A stretch of DNA of 64,000 nt from Plasmodiophora brassicae (lineage: Eukaryota), in assembly GCA_036867785.1 (NCBI GenBank), contig CP145413.1:124001-188000 (forward strand), written 5' to 3'. Shown here piece after piece: positions 12,801 to 25,225 of this stretch. The position numbers were made by a program, and so were the translations under genes. The notes below the pieces were generated by a model, which did not search any database, had not been told where the DNA came from, and worked only from the letters and a program-made list of their open reading frames with translations. Positions within the stretch are counted from its first letter, which is position 1; every line of letters starts with the position of its first letter.

Positions 12801-15800
12801 CATGTTCGTCGGCAAACGGAAGGTCAATCCTTCACAGGTGAGAGTTATACTTGACTCGAACGAGTTCACCGGTTCAGCGGAATCCTAAGGAACGTTCAAA
12901 GATGGACTCTGACTTGTTATCTATGGGCTTGTACCGTGTAGTACGCCCACTGACGTTTTTTGCTGATTAGATTCTGTTGCTGCTCTTGGAAGTCGCCCAA
13001 TTTGATAATACTCTGTGTTTCACCGAAGTAGTTTGAGTTGAGCGACAGAATGTACCTTAGATAGTGGCCATCAATATTCCACTGGGAGTCTTGCATCTGC
13101 GCAACAACAGGATAAGAAGCGCGCACCCCATACCAAAGCACTAGCTTACGTGCAAATGGGTGGAGAAGGAATCTCGGAAGTCGGCATGGTAGTGGTACCC
13201 GTACTTGTATTTGCCATCGAGAGAGAACTTCATGCAAGTCAGAAACCGAGTTTGGTTCTGAGAGAAGAGCTCGAGACAATCAGGAAGGAGGAGGGACCTA
13301 TCCAAACAATGGGTCCACCTGCAAACAATAGAATCAAGCTACCGCCTACCAATGAGACGCTTGGAGCATCACTGAAAAGTCGATTTCGGCAGTGGGTGCA
13401 TCGTGCATCATCCAAGGTAGCCGCACGAGGATGGTCATGCCAGGCGAGCGGGTCAGTATGTGGGCATTGTCCTGAAAAACTGTTTGAACAGTCACAAACG
13501 GTTATGAATGGCAGTACCTTCATATCGTTGCATTTGTTAACAACGTTGTTCTCATTGACGTTCCAGAACCACTGGAGGTCTGTGAATCCAATATCCAATG
13601 TGATGCAGGTCGGCATGAACCTGGAGACGTTCAGTACAATATTAAAAAATCGTCCGCTGTGGAATACCAGTCAAGCTCGATCTTTCTGGCAAAGCTGGAC
13701 CAGTGCGATGAGATCTCGCTGATCATCTGGAGATGATCCTTCAAGAAAAAGACGCTCGGACCGATGAAAAGTATGAGAAAATGCCTATGTGTACACGTCA
13801 GCCAGAGCCTTCGACTTGCCGAACACAGTACCAATTATATGGATCGTTCCATCGCACCGGCCAGTGCATGTTAAATTTGAGTTCGAGTTGAGTGCAATCG
13901 ACGAGCGGGGAACCCGTGAAACTAGGGACGATGCTGGCCTCTGAAATTCGCACGATCAGAACTCAGTTGATTGGACACAGCGACAGAACGTGCCTCTGAA
14001 AGTTGCCTCGACGACCATAGCCGATCCATCGCTGTGTAGGGGGTACCAAGGCGTCAATACTGTTAGTGTGGAGTCCGCTTTGAACACAACATATAGTTCC
14101 GCTGTGGACGCGTTTCCAGGCTGACACCGTTCGTTCATCATCTACGCTATACTTACTCAGGTCGCTAGCTTACGCGTTGGTACAAAACCTTGAGCTTGGA
14201 ATCAGATTGAAAACGTATTCTTGTTGAGAACGTCACATGACGACGAAGATCCCCCAAACGCGGCGTATAAACTTCAGCATGGCGATACGCAAAGGGGAGA
14301 AAGGTGCTGCAAGGCAGCGTCATCGTTTTCAGTTTCGACACTGTCTCAAAATCCTGAACGAACCTCTGCAATAAGATGCGTTGGTGCTCGACCCATGCAC
14401 CATAGACGATCACAGCAGGCGAATCGCACGTTATGTCAATACCAAACTCTGGCGACTTTTCATGTTCGTCCTAGTACGCGCACACGCATGAATTTTCCTG
14501 GCATCTGTTTCGTCGGTTGCCAGCCACCTCCAGTGATATCCATTCTTGGATGACAGTCGCCTCATCGAAAAAGTAAGACAGGGACATACGCGCGCACTGC
14601 AGAACCTCGACCTGGCTGCAATAAGGCGGTAAGTAACCCATGGAAGCCGCTGAACAAACCGATACCTGTCTGATTCGGACGCTTTGTCAGTAGTCCCTGC
14701 ATCCGGCGGCAGGTCAAACGCGAACGCGTTTCCTGTTCTGCCTGGGGATCCCACATTGTTGGGCGACGCTGCTGCCTGCCACGGCGTCAGTGATCATTCA
14801 CAGCAGCATAACGCAAGTGCGACCTGAATCGCTTTCCCCAGCATAATAATACGTCGCTGCAGTTGGGGTTGGAATTGGTGCTGCTGAATTGGTAAATCAT
14901 CGCGGCCTAGGCCGACGCCACTTGCAATGTTCCCCTTGACTTCACTGAGAAATTGCTGGACACCGTGCATAGCAACAGACAGGAAACTGAAAACTTCTAA
15001 GTGAGCCCATAGGTTGAACAAAATTGGTCCAAGAGTGGGACATACTCTTCCTGATCCATCTTTTGCTTCATGTCGAGCAACGACCTGAACGAGTTCGGCT
15101 CCATGTTCTTTTGTAGGTACACACGTGCCTGCCGGATATCGGCGGTGGTGACATTCCGAACAGGTGCCATATTATCCGGCGATCGTGGCTTGTAGCGCAT
15201 ATGTACACCGTCCACAGCGCGCACAGATACAACCAGAAAGGACGGCAACTCAGCATTGCCAATCATGATGGCGCTGTCTTCGATGAGAAACTTGACGACC
15301 GGGTATAAGCGAGGCACAACCAGCCCAATTTTGTTCAGGTCGATTGACACAGCCTGGGCTCCGTCAGGAGTCTGTTTGTTGATAAAGCATTGCAGTGCGT
15401 CATAGCGGGAGCTGTTTGATGATATAAACACTTCTAGGCCGACGGCATGGACAAGAAGACGAAACGACAATGAACCTGAGCATGCGTCATTAGAGGGTGT
15501 AGCAATGCGGCAGAGTTTCAGCTAACGGTCTTGCAGCGAATCAGGCGTCTTTACTCTAGTCTTCCACCATTTCAACGTGATGGCCACAGATAGAGCGTTC
15601 AGTGTAATGTCTTTGCTCCTGAATTTCACATTACCAAGCAAAACCTTGCCGCCTAGCAATGCGAGAGACAGTGACCCTGGATGAAACGCTTTAGTAATGG
15701 AATGCTCGCCAAACCATGGCACAAAGTTACCCAGGCCAAATTTGGACTCCTTCCCGAGTCTGTAGTTAATTATCGCTCGCAGCACCATCGCCATTGCCGT

Positions 15801-15941
15801 TGAGGCATACAAGAAATACCACATGAGGACAATCGTGAAACATGTCGTCACGGCCTGTTCCAAGTGGTGAGATTCCCACGTTAACGCCGAGCCCGACCGT
15901 GGACATACGGCGAATTGCCACGGGAACTCGAACGACCCCAT
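3849..15941 (-). CDS. BLTP1: Bridge-like lipid transfer protein BLTP1/KIAA1109/Csf1 family, very large multi-exon gene
   Basis: N-terminal TM segment, then GSLSLALLGGKVLLGNVKF...AITLKWW and RLLVHAVGLEVFISSNSSRYDAL...SAIMIGNAELPSFLVV, typical of the Csf1/BLTP1 N-terminus. The C-terminus LNPQIHLLGNFTPPDVVAFVLNRFGVQRESIP resembles the BLTP1 C-terminal motif. About 12 kb of beta-rich exons lie between. The full exon structure was not resolved. Confidence 0.78.
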
Positions 15942-16216
15942 CAATCAGTTCTGCGTTCGACCTGGATCAAACAGTCGCGGCAGGCATGACCACCGTCGTG
16001 CGGCACACTAACGCTGCAATGACGAGCCCCATCGCCAGCACCGGCAGCGGTGCCCCGACGGAGGTCGCGCCATACGTGCCAATGTATAGCGTTACCGACA
16101 CAGTAACAAAATTACACCTCCGCTGGCTCCGCAGCTACCTACACCGGTTCAGGTAGGTATACCAAAACCGGATCATAAGCAGGTTCAATGACTTTGCGTC
16201 TGCTCTCAAGGCGGTC

Positions 16217-16385
16217 AGGTTCGATGATCCAAACCTGGCGGAGGCCACCGCCCGCAAGCTCCAAAGCATCCGTCAGGGAAGCGGCACCATTGCCAGGTTT
16301 GCGACCGAGCTCCAGAGCCTGGCGGATGACGGAGGCTTTGGATCTTGCGGGCAGCGGTCTGCGCCAGGTTCGGGTCACCGAACCT
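16217..16385. repeat. Imperfect inverted repeat with 59-bp arms (16217-16275 and 16327-16385) and a 51-nt loop
   Basis: Hand alignment of arm 1 to the reverse complement of arm 2 gives 50/59 identities with no gaps. Confidence 0.9.
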
Positions 16386-16540
16386 GGTTGCGAGGGTTGA
16401 GGTGACGTCGTGGTTATCATCAGATCGTCCCGAAGATGGGGTTGAACCATTGCAGGGCGTCACCACCCAGTAGTTGTCCCACCAGCGCGACTTTCTGGAC
16501 ATCGGTCGCGAAGGTGGTCGTCCGCTCATGCGACAGTCGG
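16217..16540. mobile_element. Degenerate Ty3/gypsy retrotransposon gag remnants, two copies in opposite orientation
   Basis: Minus strand reads TTFATDVQKVALVGQLLGGDALQWFNPIF, then (frameshifted) TRFGDPNLAQTAARKIQSLR. Plus strand reads RFDDPNLAEATARKLQSIRQGSGTIARFATELQSLA. Both resemble Retrotrans_gag motifs. Confidence 0.7.
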
Positions 16541-17147
16541 TGGAACGCGATGTGGTGTAGCCCGATGATACAACTAGGGTGAAGGTTGTGTCGTTATCGG
16601 TTGTGCTCTTTTCTACGTCAGTGGCCTGGCGTGGGCGTTTGACAGTCGTTGACCGCGACATTTCACATACGGGAACACAACTGTTTCAAGACCCTCCACC
16701 TATCAAGCGCCGCCGTTTGCTCTAGAATGCTCTCGGTACACGCTACTGTAAATCAGCGCACGCCTAGCCGCTGAAGAACGCAGGCAAGGGAAGAATAGAG
16801 AGCCGAGGACGATATTAGAGCAACCTAGCGTGATCGCCAGGATACCGCCTGACGAGCTTAACAGGCAACTGCTGTACATCCCATCCAACTTACTACACAA
16901 CGTCAACGTCCACGACCGAGGCCTGAACGCCGAGCGCAACAACCTGGACCAAAACGGCCAGGCCCTTGCCATCCCGTACAACGTGTATCCGATCATTCCG
17001 CGAGCTGATCCATAAGCTGAACGACATGCAGCTTACAAACGAAGTTAGCGTCACGTTCCCAATCTCCGGGGTACATACCATACGAATCAACTGCCGCTCC
17101 GTCACGGAGTCCGCGGCGGACCTTGAGGCTTGCGCTGATACAAGAAG

Positions 17148-18349
17148 ATGCCGTCACCCTTTGTCCAGACAGAAGCACCTGTCGTCGCATCTGGCTCTAA
17201 GAAGGATGTCGATGTCGACACTAGCGGCGAAGAGCCAGATGAACGTCTGGTATCGCCTTTTGCGCAGGGCTTACCTCGTTGGAAACCGCTGCAGACTGTC
17301 GTTACCGCTGGCGCCAATCGACAGGAATGCCTTTTGTCGCTTGTCGATTGCAGCGCCTGTGGATACTTCGCTGCTTCAACATCACTGACAACCGTACGCG
17401 TCTTTGACTGTCATACGCTCCAAGAGGTAGGTTGTCTAGCTGGCCACCAAGATGCAATCCGGTCTGTCCGTTTCGTTCCCCAGCTGAACTCACTTATCAC
17501 CGCTTCCGAAGACGGTTTGTTCTCATGATAAATCGTTATATCTGCAAGCGCCTCTGACACTGTGCACATCAGGGTCCTGGCAGATGACTGATTTGCGCAC
17601 CGGAGAATCACAGACCACCGTCCGTGTCGCAGAAGGTTCGTCACTGTTTTCCCTGGACTGTAATGGCCGTGTTGTTGCCGCTGGCTGCGACCTTCTCGGT
17701 GACATCGTCTTGTGGGACCTGCGAAACAATGCAAATCAGCTCGGCGTTCTCGACGAGTTCCACACTGATGAAGTTCGAGATCTGCGGTTCCACCCTGTAC
17801 AACGGTCCATGCTTATCAGCGGGTCTGTCGACTGTCTGGTTAACAAATTCGACCTGAATGCTGCGACTCTTGATGACGCTCTTGTATCTGGTAGCGTGCA
17901 CCATGAACCTATTGAGTCAATGGCTGTCGTCTAACATGCGTTCAGTTTTCAACGTTGGACAGCCGGTGCGCTCATTCGGCACGTTCGGCCCAAACCACGA
18001 GTACCTACACAGCGTATCCGAAATCGAGACGTTGGCGTTGTGCGACCTTGCTCAAGGCGACTTGCTCGGGACATTCCCCAATGCATGCGAGTCCCTCTCC
18101 AAGGATCTGAGCACCAGGTACCTGGTTGATTGCACGTTCGATCCTGTATCACAGCAGCTATGTTTGGTCTCCGGGAATTACTATGGCGATTGTATGGGCA
18201 GCATTGTTGCACCGCAGTCGTTGACGCCAGCGTTCCTGATGACTGGCGGGCACGATCAAGGCGTGCGCTCGTTATGCTCGATCGGTGGCCGCATCGTCAC
18301 TGGCGGCGAAGATTCCCGAATTGTCTGCTGGGCGCCTAACAATACATGA
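17148..18349 (+). CDS. WDR89: WD40-repeat protein, WDR89-like (about 3 exons)
   Basis: GHQDAIRSVRF...ITASEDG; IVLWDLR...LDEFHTDEVRDLRFHP...LISGSVDCLVNKFDL; GGHDQGVRS...VTGGEDSRIVCW. Confidence 0.75.
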
Positions 18350-18491
18350 ACGTACTATATATTACCCCTCGGTGCCGAAACCGCTTCGTTGCGTCCCTAT
18401 CCAAGTAGTACACTGTTGTAGGCCACTCTAGGCTCTAGGAAACAGGGAGGTGATCGCATATATATAATTTACACAGCAGTGATAGAGACAC

Positions 18492-19263
18492 TCAAGAGCG
18501 CAGGGCAGCAGCGAGCTCGGCAATGTCGGCCGATGGGACCCCCAGCTTCTTTGGAATCGTTTGAGCAGGCGCGGAGTGGGCGACTTCTTGTACCATTGAA
18601 ACGTACGATCGGACGTCATCCTCCACTTGCATGAGTTTCGCTTGGACATCTGGGAGCAAGTGGCAGAACTCACGCGCTGCGGCATCCAGAACCTTGACGT
18701 TGTCTGCATCTGCATCCAGCACCGCCAATTGCGAGGCCAGGTGCCGCTCGACGTCCCTGGCGATTCGCATCCGCCCCACCAGCTCGGCGTACTCTTTATC
18801 CAACCTCGATTCGTCCTCCACATCCGGATCCTGGACTGATTTCTGCTGGGACGAAACACACAGATTAGCACGACGTCTGAGAATACGGATAGGAATGTCA
18901 CCTGTTCTGTGAGGCCTTCAGGTATCAGCAATAAGTTGGCTGGAGGGCGCAATTCAGTGTTTTTGCATTGGGGTGCCCCAGGCGACACCAACCGTATGAG
19001 TAGACCTCCACGTGGTCCAAGCGTTTCTCCATTCGAGCACGGATACGCGCATGGATGCCGTCGACGACCTTGGTGATGCGTTCGGCGTCGATGTCCTTCG
19101 GCAGTTCCTCCAACAGAGCGCGCTCGAGCGCATCGATGCCGTCGCACAGGTAGCTGTGCGCCGCATTCACGATATCATCCATGATGGCGGCCGGGTGCAC
19201 GCCCAGGAACGCGCTCGCCTGCTCGAACCGAGCCTGCACCGCCGCCTGTTGCTCCGTCTCCAT
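18492..19263 (-). CDS. MIS12: Kinetochore protein Mis12-like (spliced)
   Basis: FLGVHPAAIMDDIVNAAHSYLCDGIDALE...RLDHVEVYSY...IPEG followed by a coiled coil matches the Mis12/Mtw1 N-terminal pattern. Confidence 0.68.
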
Positions 19264-19455
19264 CGAACGTCGACCGACAGCGCCTTCGAAAACCCGCGAA
19301 CTTCTCCCCCGAGTCCCGACTCCCCCAAAAACGACTAGAAGTTTTGCCGACATTTTTTGCGCGTCACACAGTCGTCGTCGGTCGACGCAGGCGCATGCGT
19401 CGTGTCGCAATGTGCCGACCTTCTGGACGATAGAATAGAATAATGTATGTGGCCG

Positions 19456-20532
19456 CTAATCGCTGCCGACTTCGCTGTTGTCCTCGTCGTCTTCATCATC
19501 GTCTTCGTCCATCTCGTCCTCATCGACGGACGAATCGTCATCATCATTGCGACCGAGCGGCTCGTCGTCCTCCATGTCTTCATCCTCGGCAATACCGGTC
19601 GGTTCGAATGCGGGTGCCGGCACCTTAGCCGCAACGTCAGCGGGCGCCTCTGCCGCCAGCGGTCCCGCCAGCTCGACGCAGCCTATTGGGCCGGTTCAAC
19701 CAATTGCACAGAACCGAACCGCGCGCGACAACGTACGTTTGCAGCGGAAATCGCGTCCGGGCCTCGACGCAAGCCTGACCGTTTCGTCTACCCCCAGTTG
19801 CAAGCAGAACGCATGTGCAGTCTTCAGGCAGACGTTGCACGTTCGTACGAGGTCGACGTTGTCCTTCCGGTGGCAGAATGAGCAGAACGCGCAACGAGCG
19901 CACAGGTAGGCGAGCGCGTCGACGAGTTCGGGACGGACCGAGGCACCGCGACATTGAAGATGCGCCGCAAGGCCGCAGTCCCGACAGTAAGCCAGCGCGC
20001 CGGGTTCGTCGTCGTTCTTGTTACATACACTGCAAATCGCCAGCCACCGCATCGCAACCGGTCGCTGAACAGAGCCACTATGGGTAAAGCGGGCCGGTGG
20101 CAACATAGAGCACCTTCTGACCTCTTCGACGCGAACCTTCCATTTCGTGTCATACGCGGATGTATCGATCGGGACCACCCGTTCCAGCTCTGCGCGTGGA
20201 TTAAGTCGGCCCACCAGCGGATTGGGGTGATTGTCGTACCTCCAAACTCATCACAGGCAGGATATAGGCCGTGCACTCTACAGATCCGCGCTCAGGACCC
20301 TCCTGCGGTTTGAGTAAATGAATACACCCTACTTCATATAGGCGTCGTACTCAACAGCATTGACGGGCCGATTCAGGTCGTTGGGCAGGTACACAACGGG
20401 TGGCATGCTGCATAACCGAGTTGCACGTTCACAAGTGGCCCCACACTATCCTTATTGCGACCGTTACCAGTCCGGTGCCGGGATCCTCAGTGATTCGTCG
20501 TGCAGCTCGGCAATGAAGGCCGCCGACTCCAT
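19456..20532 (-). CDS. Double-PHD-finger protein with acidic C-terminal tail (spliced; start uncertain)
   Basis: CSVC...YCRDCGLAAHLQC...YLCARCAFCSFC...TCNVCLKTAHAFC forms tandem C4HC3-like fingers. The terminal exon is D/E-rich (DEDEMDEDDDEDDEDNSEVGSD*). Confidence 0.65.
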
Positions 20533-20643
20533 GGTGGCTTCGCGAGCCGACGACATCGGACGTCGCCGCGGACTGCGTACGCCGCACCGGGCTGTCGACG
20601 AAAAATTTTCGGTGTCCGTGGCTGGGGACTCGAGAATCAAAAG

Positions 20644-20680
20644 TTGACCCAGGACGCGGCGCAGCCGCGTCCTGGGTCAA
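20644..20680. repeat. Perfect GC-rich hairpin, 17-bp stem and 3-nt loop
   Basis: ttgacccaggacgcggc-gca-gccgcgtcctgggtcaa. Confidence 0.95.
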
Positions 20681-21064
20681 AGGGACTAACTAACTGGACA
20701 CGCCTTGCTAGGGCTGGATAAACAAGAATCAAGGCCGCGTGGGGTATATTGCGGGTAGTACCTAACCGTTTTTATTACACAGTGTTAGCCGCGAAGCTGG
20801 TAGCCTAAGCATATCAGAATTATCAAGTTAACAAGCACGATTGTTCACATTTGGACAGCAACGCACCACAGCAACCGCTGCCACAGGTTTACTGGCTCCA
20901 GAAACACGGTTAACATGTTCGACGGCCATAGCTGAGGCAATAGTAGACGTTAGTGACAAACCCACACGCGTATCCAGCGTTCGTGCTTACCGGAATCAAC
21001 TAGTATGGCTGTCGTACTTGCAATACAAGGGACACCGGGAGCAACTGTGGCACCTGGCAGGAGA

Positions 21065-21600
21065 TCAGAGCTGTAACAACAAGGTAAGATCACGAACGTT
21101 ACCGTCGATGGAAAATCATGTACTAGAGCAGTCAAGACCTTGGCTGCACATTTTCAAACGTCAGGAAAAAGGGGTCTCACGACCACCATGACAGATGACT
21201 TACAGGATGCTAGAGGATTTGTGCATTCGTTTCTGCGCCGTGCCCCAGGGCAGCCAACCCTGTTGCAAACTGAACCACCAACAAGAGGGGTACGGCACGC
21301 TCGAGACTTTCGTTGAGGTCGCGGAGCAGGAACGGGTTCTAAAGGAACCTCAGTCGGAGGTGTGTGCCCTTCAATATGCGTGAACAGAGGCAGCATTAGC
21401 TGAATCTGAATCGGCAGGGTTACCCGAACGTCATTGCGGACGGCGGTGAAGGAGTACTTCGGGAGCTGTTCTCGGATTTCTACGTGCAGTTTAGGCGGCA
21501 GAGACCTCCTGCGCGTAGCCACGGAAAACCACGTGGCAGCAACTGTTCTACAGTAGTGCGGCGCTGTCGCGCTAAACAACGTGGAGGCCGCGGCCCGCAT
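21065..21600 (-). CDS. Small spliced hypothetical protein with a Cys cluster, divergent from the MULE transposase
   Basis: ORF ...RKSRACRTPLVGGSVCNRVGCPGARRRNECTNP... followed by canonical GTAAG...CAG and GTAAC...CAG introns that lead to a stop near 21065. Confidence 0.35.
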
Positions 21601-21831
21601 TTGCTTGCTGCTGCGGTCGGCGTTGGGGTTTCGTCGTGGTCGTGGTCCTCCCGTCGGGTGCCGTCGTCATCGTCGTGGGTTGTCGTCGGTCGTTGCTCAT
21701 TTCCAGTCGTCCGAGTCCCGTCCCTGTCGATTGTCTTCGCGCGCCGCCAGTCGTAATTGTCGGGCTCGCGTGTCTCTCGATTGTCGTCCCTCGTTAGCCG
21801 GTCGTCTGGTTCGCGTATCTGTTTCCTCATT

Positions 21832-24800
21832 ATGCAGCCCTCCCCCCAATTTGGGAATGGGTTTCCAGGGCTCTTCCAGCTTCCCACGTTTTCGTGGGAA
21901 GCGACATTCGATTCGTGGCATGAATGCCAATCGGCAATTCAGTCCTTTTGCGATTCGACGTTCCAACCGTTTCGCATACGGGACAGCAGTCTTGTCGGGT
22001 CGCGATGTACAAACACATCGCTAAAGTATCAAATGGTACTCCTGAAGTGTACCCATGGTGGTGTCGCAAGGTCTCGGGGCAGCGGTATTCGTCCTCGCCA
22101 GAATTACAGGTGTGTCACCAACTGCTCCACGACAAGCCTCACGGTTAACATTGCATTATAGGTATCTGGGTTGCAACGCATTCATAAAGTTTGCTGCCAA
22201 ACGGGACATTGGGAGGGATGATTTCGTCCTGCGATGTGTCGAGCAGGTCAGGCTTATCGGGAAATCAATCCTGACAATGGTTAACGAAGTTTCAGTACAC
22301 CGGGCATTCGCACGAATGCTGTAAGGAAGCATACGACATGCTGTCCGAAAACCGGAAGGTTTCCGATCCGCAAACGATCAAGGATGCCGCGATAATGCTC
22401 AAGACCAAGGGCAATAAGAAGTTGATCCGAGACGAGTTGGCGTCCCGCACAGGTATGCTGCTCATATCGTCAAATGTTTTCGCGCGTTGAATCGTTCACG
22501 TTAGGCAAACGGATAATTATGAAAGGTATCCACAATCTGAACGCCCGTCTGAATCTGGACCCCCCGGGCTGCGACGATGACAGCAGAACCTTGTTGGAAC
22601 AGTTCACGTCTCAAGCGGGAAACGTTGCAGACATCATCACGGATGAGAACGACGAGGTCGTGTTTATTTGCATACAGACCGCGTTCCAGCGAGACATGAT
22701 GCAAGCGTATCCTGAGGTCCTACTTGTCGACGCAACGCACAAGACCAACAGAAACGGGTATCAAATGCTTGGCATCATGGGTCATACAAGTTTGGGTTCC
22801 GGATTTCCCTTCTTTGTAGCCTTAAATTCTTCATCAACGAAAGAGAATCTGACCGCCGTCCTGAAGGTAAAGAACCTGACATTTGCACCACTGCGGTACA
22901 TTGACGGCTTTTAGAGTTTTAAGGAGCACAATCCGTCGTGGACACACTCCGTCTTCGGTGTGATTGACAAAGATTTCGTCGAAGAAGATGTCCTTACAGC
23001 GACAATGCCCGATGTCTTCTGGTCACTCTGCCAGTTTCACGTCGTCAAATTTGTTGCGACTCACGTAACTGAGGAGAAATTCGGGCTTGACCGATCAACC
23101 CGTTCTTCTGTGAAGAATGTCTTTCGCCTTCTGGTTCACAGCCAGGATTCGGAAGAATATGATCGCAACCGGCGTGGCCTACTTCATGTATTGGACGACG
23201 ATGAGGACCATCCGTTTTACAGATATTTCGTGGATAATTGGGATTCCTGTAGGGAACGTTGGTGCAGTGCTTTCCGGGACGTATGTCTCAACATGGGGAA
23301 CACGACGAACAACCGTCTGGAATCGGCCTGGGGAGATCTGAAGACATTCCTGGAGTCGCGTTGCACCATGTTCCAGTGCCTTCAGAAGCTGCTAGCGTAC
23401 GGTTCGCAATTCGTCTGCGCCCTAAATTAAGCGTCTCATGCGTGCACAGATACCTTAGGTATGTCGAGGACCAGTTCAGCCTTCGCAGCTTGAGGCTATA
23501 GTTTTCGTCGCGATCGGCGTCGCCAGCCGTACATCCATCGCTTGCGTCCGTTGCAAATAACCTGTCGTACTATTGCATCGACCTGATTGAAGTGCAACGA
23601 AAGTTGAGCGTGGCTCGCAACGACAGCCAGTCGTAAACTTTGACGGTGTCGGGGGCGGACAGCATATGTCGTATTCATTCTGAACACAGCAATGCGTCGT
23701 ATGCAGTGTCTCTCGCATCCGCTTCATGCTCCTGTCGGTTCTATACCGCGTATGGTCTTCCTTGTGTCCATATATTTGCCATTGCTGCGCACCTCAATGG
23801 ACACGATCTCATCGGCAAGGGTATCTTGCCAAGATGGCTGCTTTCTAATTTGCGTCAGGTGCGTCAATACTGTTATGTTAGGTGCTACGAACTCATTTGT
23901 GACTCAGAATTCTGAACAGTCGTTCTACGATTGTGCCAATCAAGTTCGCGTTCTCCGAATTGGTTCGCCTGCGGTCCAGGGTGCGAATGACGACGCGTCT
24001 GAACTTGTTACGGTGCTGAGCGGGGAACAAAAGTACACTACGGCGAAACGCCTTCTCCTTGAGATTGCCAGCTCGCTGTCAGAACAGGGTATGGAGCTCT
24101 TTTTGCACTACATGGATGGGTTGGGCATGTTCCATCAAAAGGTTAAGCAAAGCCAGCGGGTCGTCGTCAATGGTGGGTGCGATGTGAGGTCCATGCGATA
24201 CCCAATCATCTAATCGTTTTGTGATTTTAAGATGCTAGCGGTAACGACGACCGCGGTCTGCTCAACCAGGGTGGCAACTCGGAACAGAGTATGGAGCTCT
24301 TGATGCACTACTTGGATGGGTTGGACATGTTCCATCAAAAGGTTAAGCAAAGCCAGCGGGTCGTCGTCAATGGTGGGTGCGATGTGAGGTCCATGCGATA
24401 CCCAATCATCTAATCGTTTTGTCGATTTTAAGATGCTAGCGGTAACGACGACCGCGGTCTGCTCAACCAGGGTGGCAATTCGACACTCGAGCATCCCAGC
24501 TCTAGCACAGAGGTCGGCGAGAACGGCAACGGCATTGAAGATCTGGACCCCGGCTGTTAAAAGATGGACGCCAACGACGACCTGAAATCGGATAACGATG
24601 CTTCCACAGCGTGTCCATCGCCGATGGAATCTAAGTTCAAGATCAAGGCCGCAGTCGCTCCACCAGGACGTCCCAGGACGAAGGTGGCAGAAGCCCGTCG
24701 AAGGCAGGCGGTTGTCCTATCGAAGCTCAAGAAGGAGATTTCTGGGGATGTCCAGACCATCTCAGTTCATCGTGCTGCTCAAACTCTCAAGACCCATGAC

Positions 24801-24860
24801 TTGTCAGTGACGACGGGTATCATTGACAGCATCCCTGTTCGCGCCGAAACCTGTAATAGG
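21832..24860 (+). pseudogene. Mutator-like (MULE) DDE transposase with SWIM zinc finger, intron-containing and disrupted
   Basis: FAR1/WRKY-like N-terminus (CTHGG...GCNAFI...HSHE), DDE core (LLVDATHKTN, IDKDFVEE, LCQFHV, TTNNRLESAW) and SWIM finger (CSCRFYTAYGLPCVHIFA). In-frame stops TAG 23499 and TAA 23634, plus an internal duplication. The 3' end is approximate. Confidence 0.85.
24082..24480 (+). repeat. Tandem duplication of about 200 bp inside the MULE gene
   Basis: gaacag(g/a)gtatggagctctt...ctcaaccagggtggcaa occurs at about 24082-24280 and about 24283-24480 with few substitutions. Confidence 0.92.
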
Positions 24861-25225
24861 TTGGTGTTCTGTCACGCCTGCGTTACCACCAGTTGCTCTA
24901 ACTTCTCCAGGTGGTGGCTGATTGAGCATGTTGACGAGGAAACAACGGGCATTTGCCTCCCTGGATACATTGTTCCGACGAATTCCTGTGCATTCAGTCC
25001 ATGGTTTCCCATAGAACAGGCCGTTCCCAATAATGTTGTCTTCGTGTCCAGCACGATCGCCCGCGAGAACCGAGTTGGAAGCACGAACAAGCGATACTGC
25101 ACCAACGTCCCGATCGAGTTCATTTGCGTATTGAACCGTTTCAACATGATTCCAGACTCGCCAATTTCGACGTCTATTCCATTTGAGTAAACAACAAGGC
25201 CGCCTTGTTGTCACACGGCACATGC

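Noticed and set aside
16830-17015. 61-aa ORF next to the gag remnants
   Set aside because: Non-ATG start and no recognisable motif. It may be further retroelement debris but cannot be assigned.
20778-20784. CACAGTG heptamer suggesting a Transib/RSS end
   Set aside because: No properly spaced nonamer, no partner end and no Transib transposase in the window.
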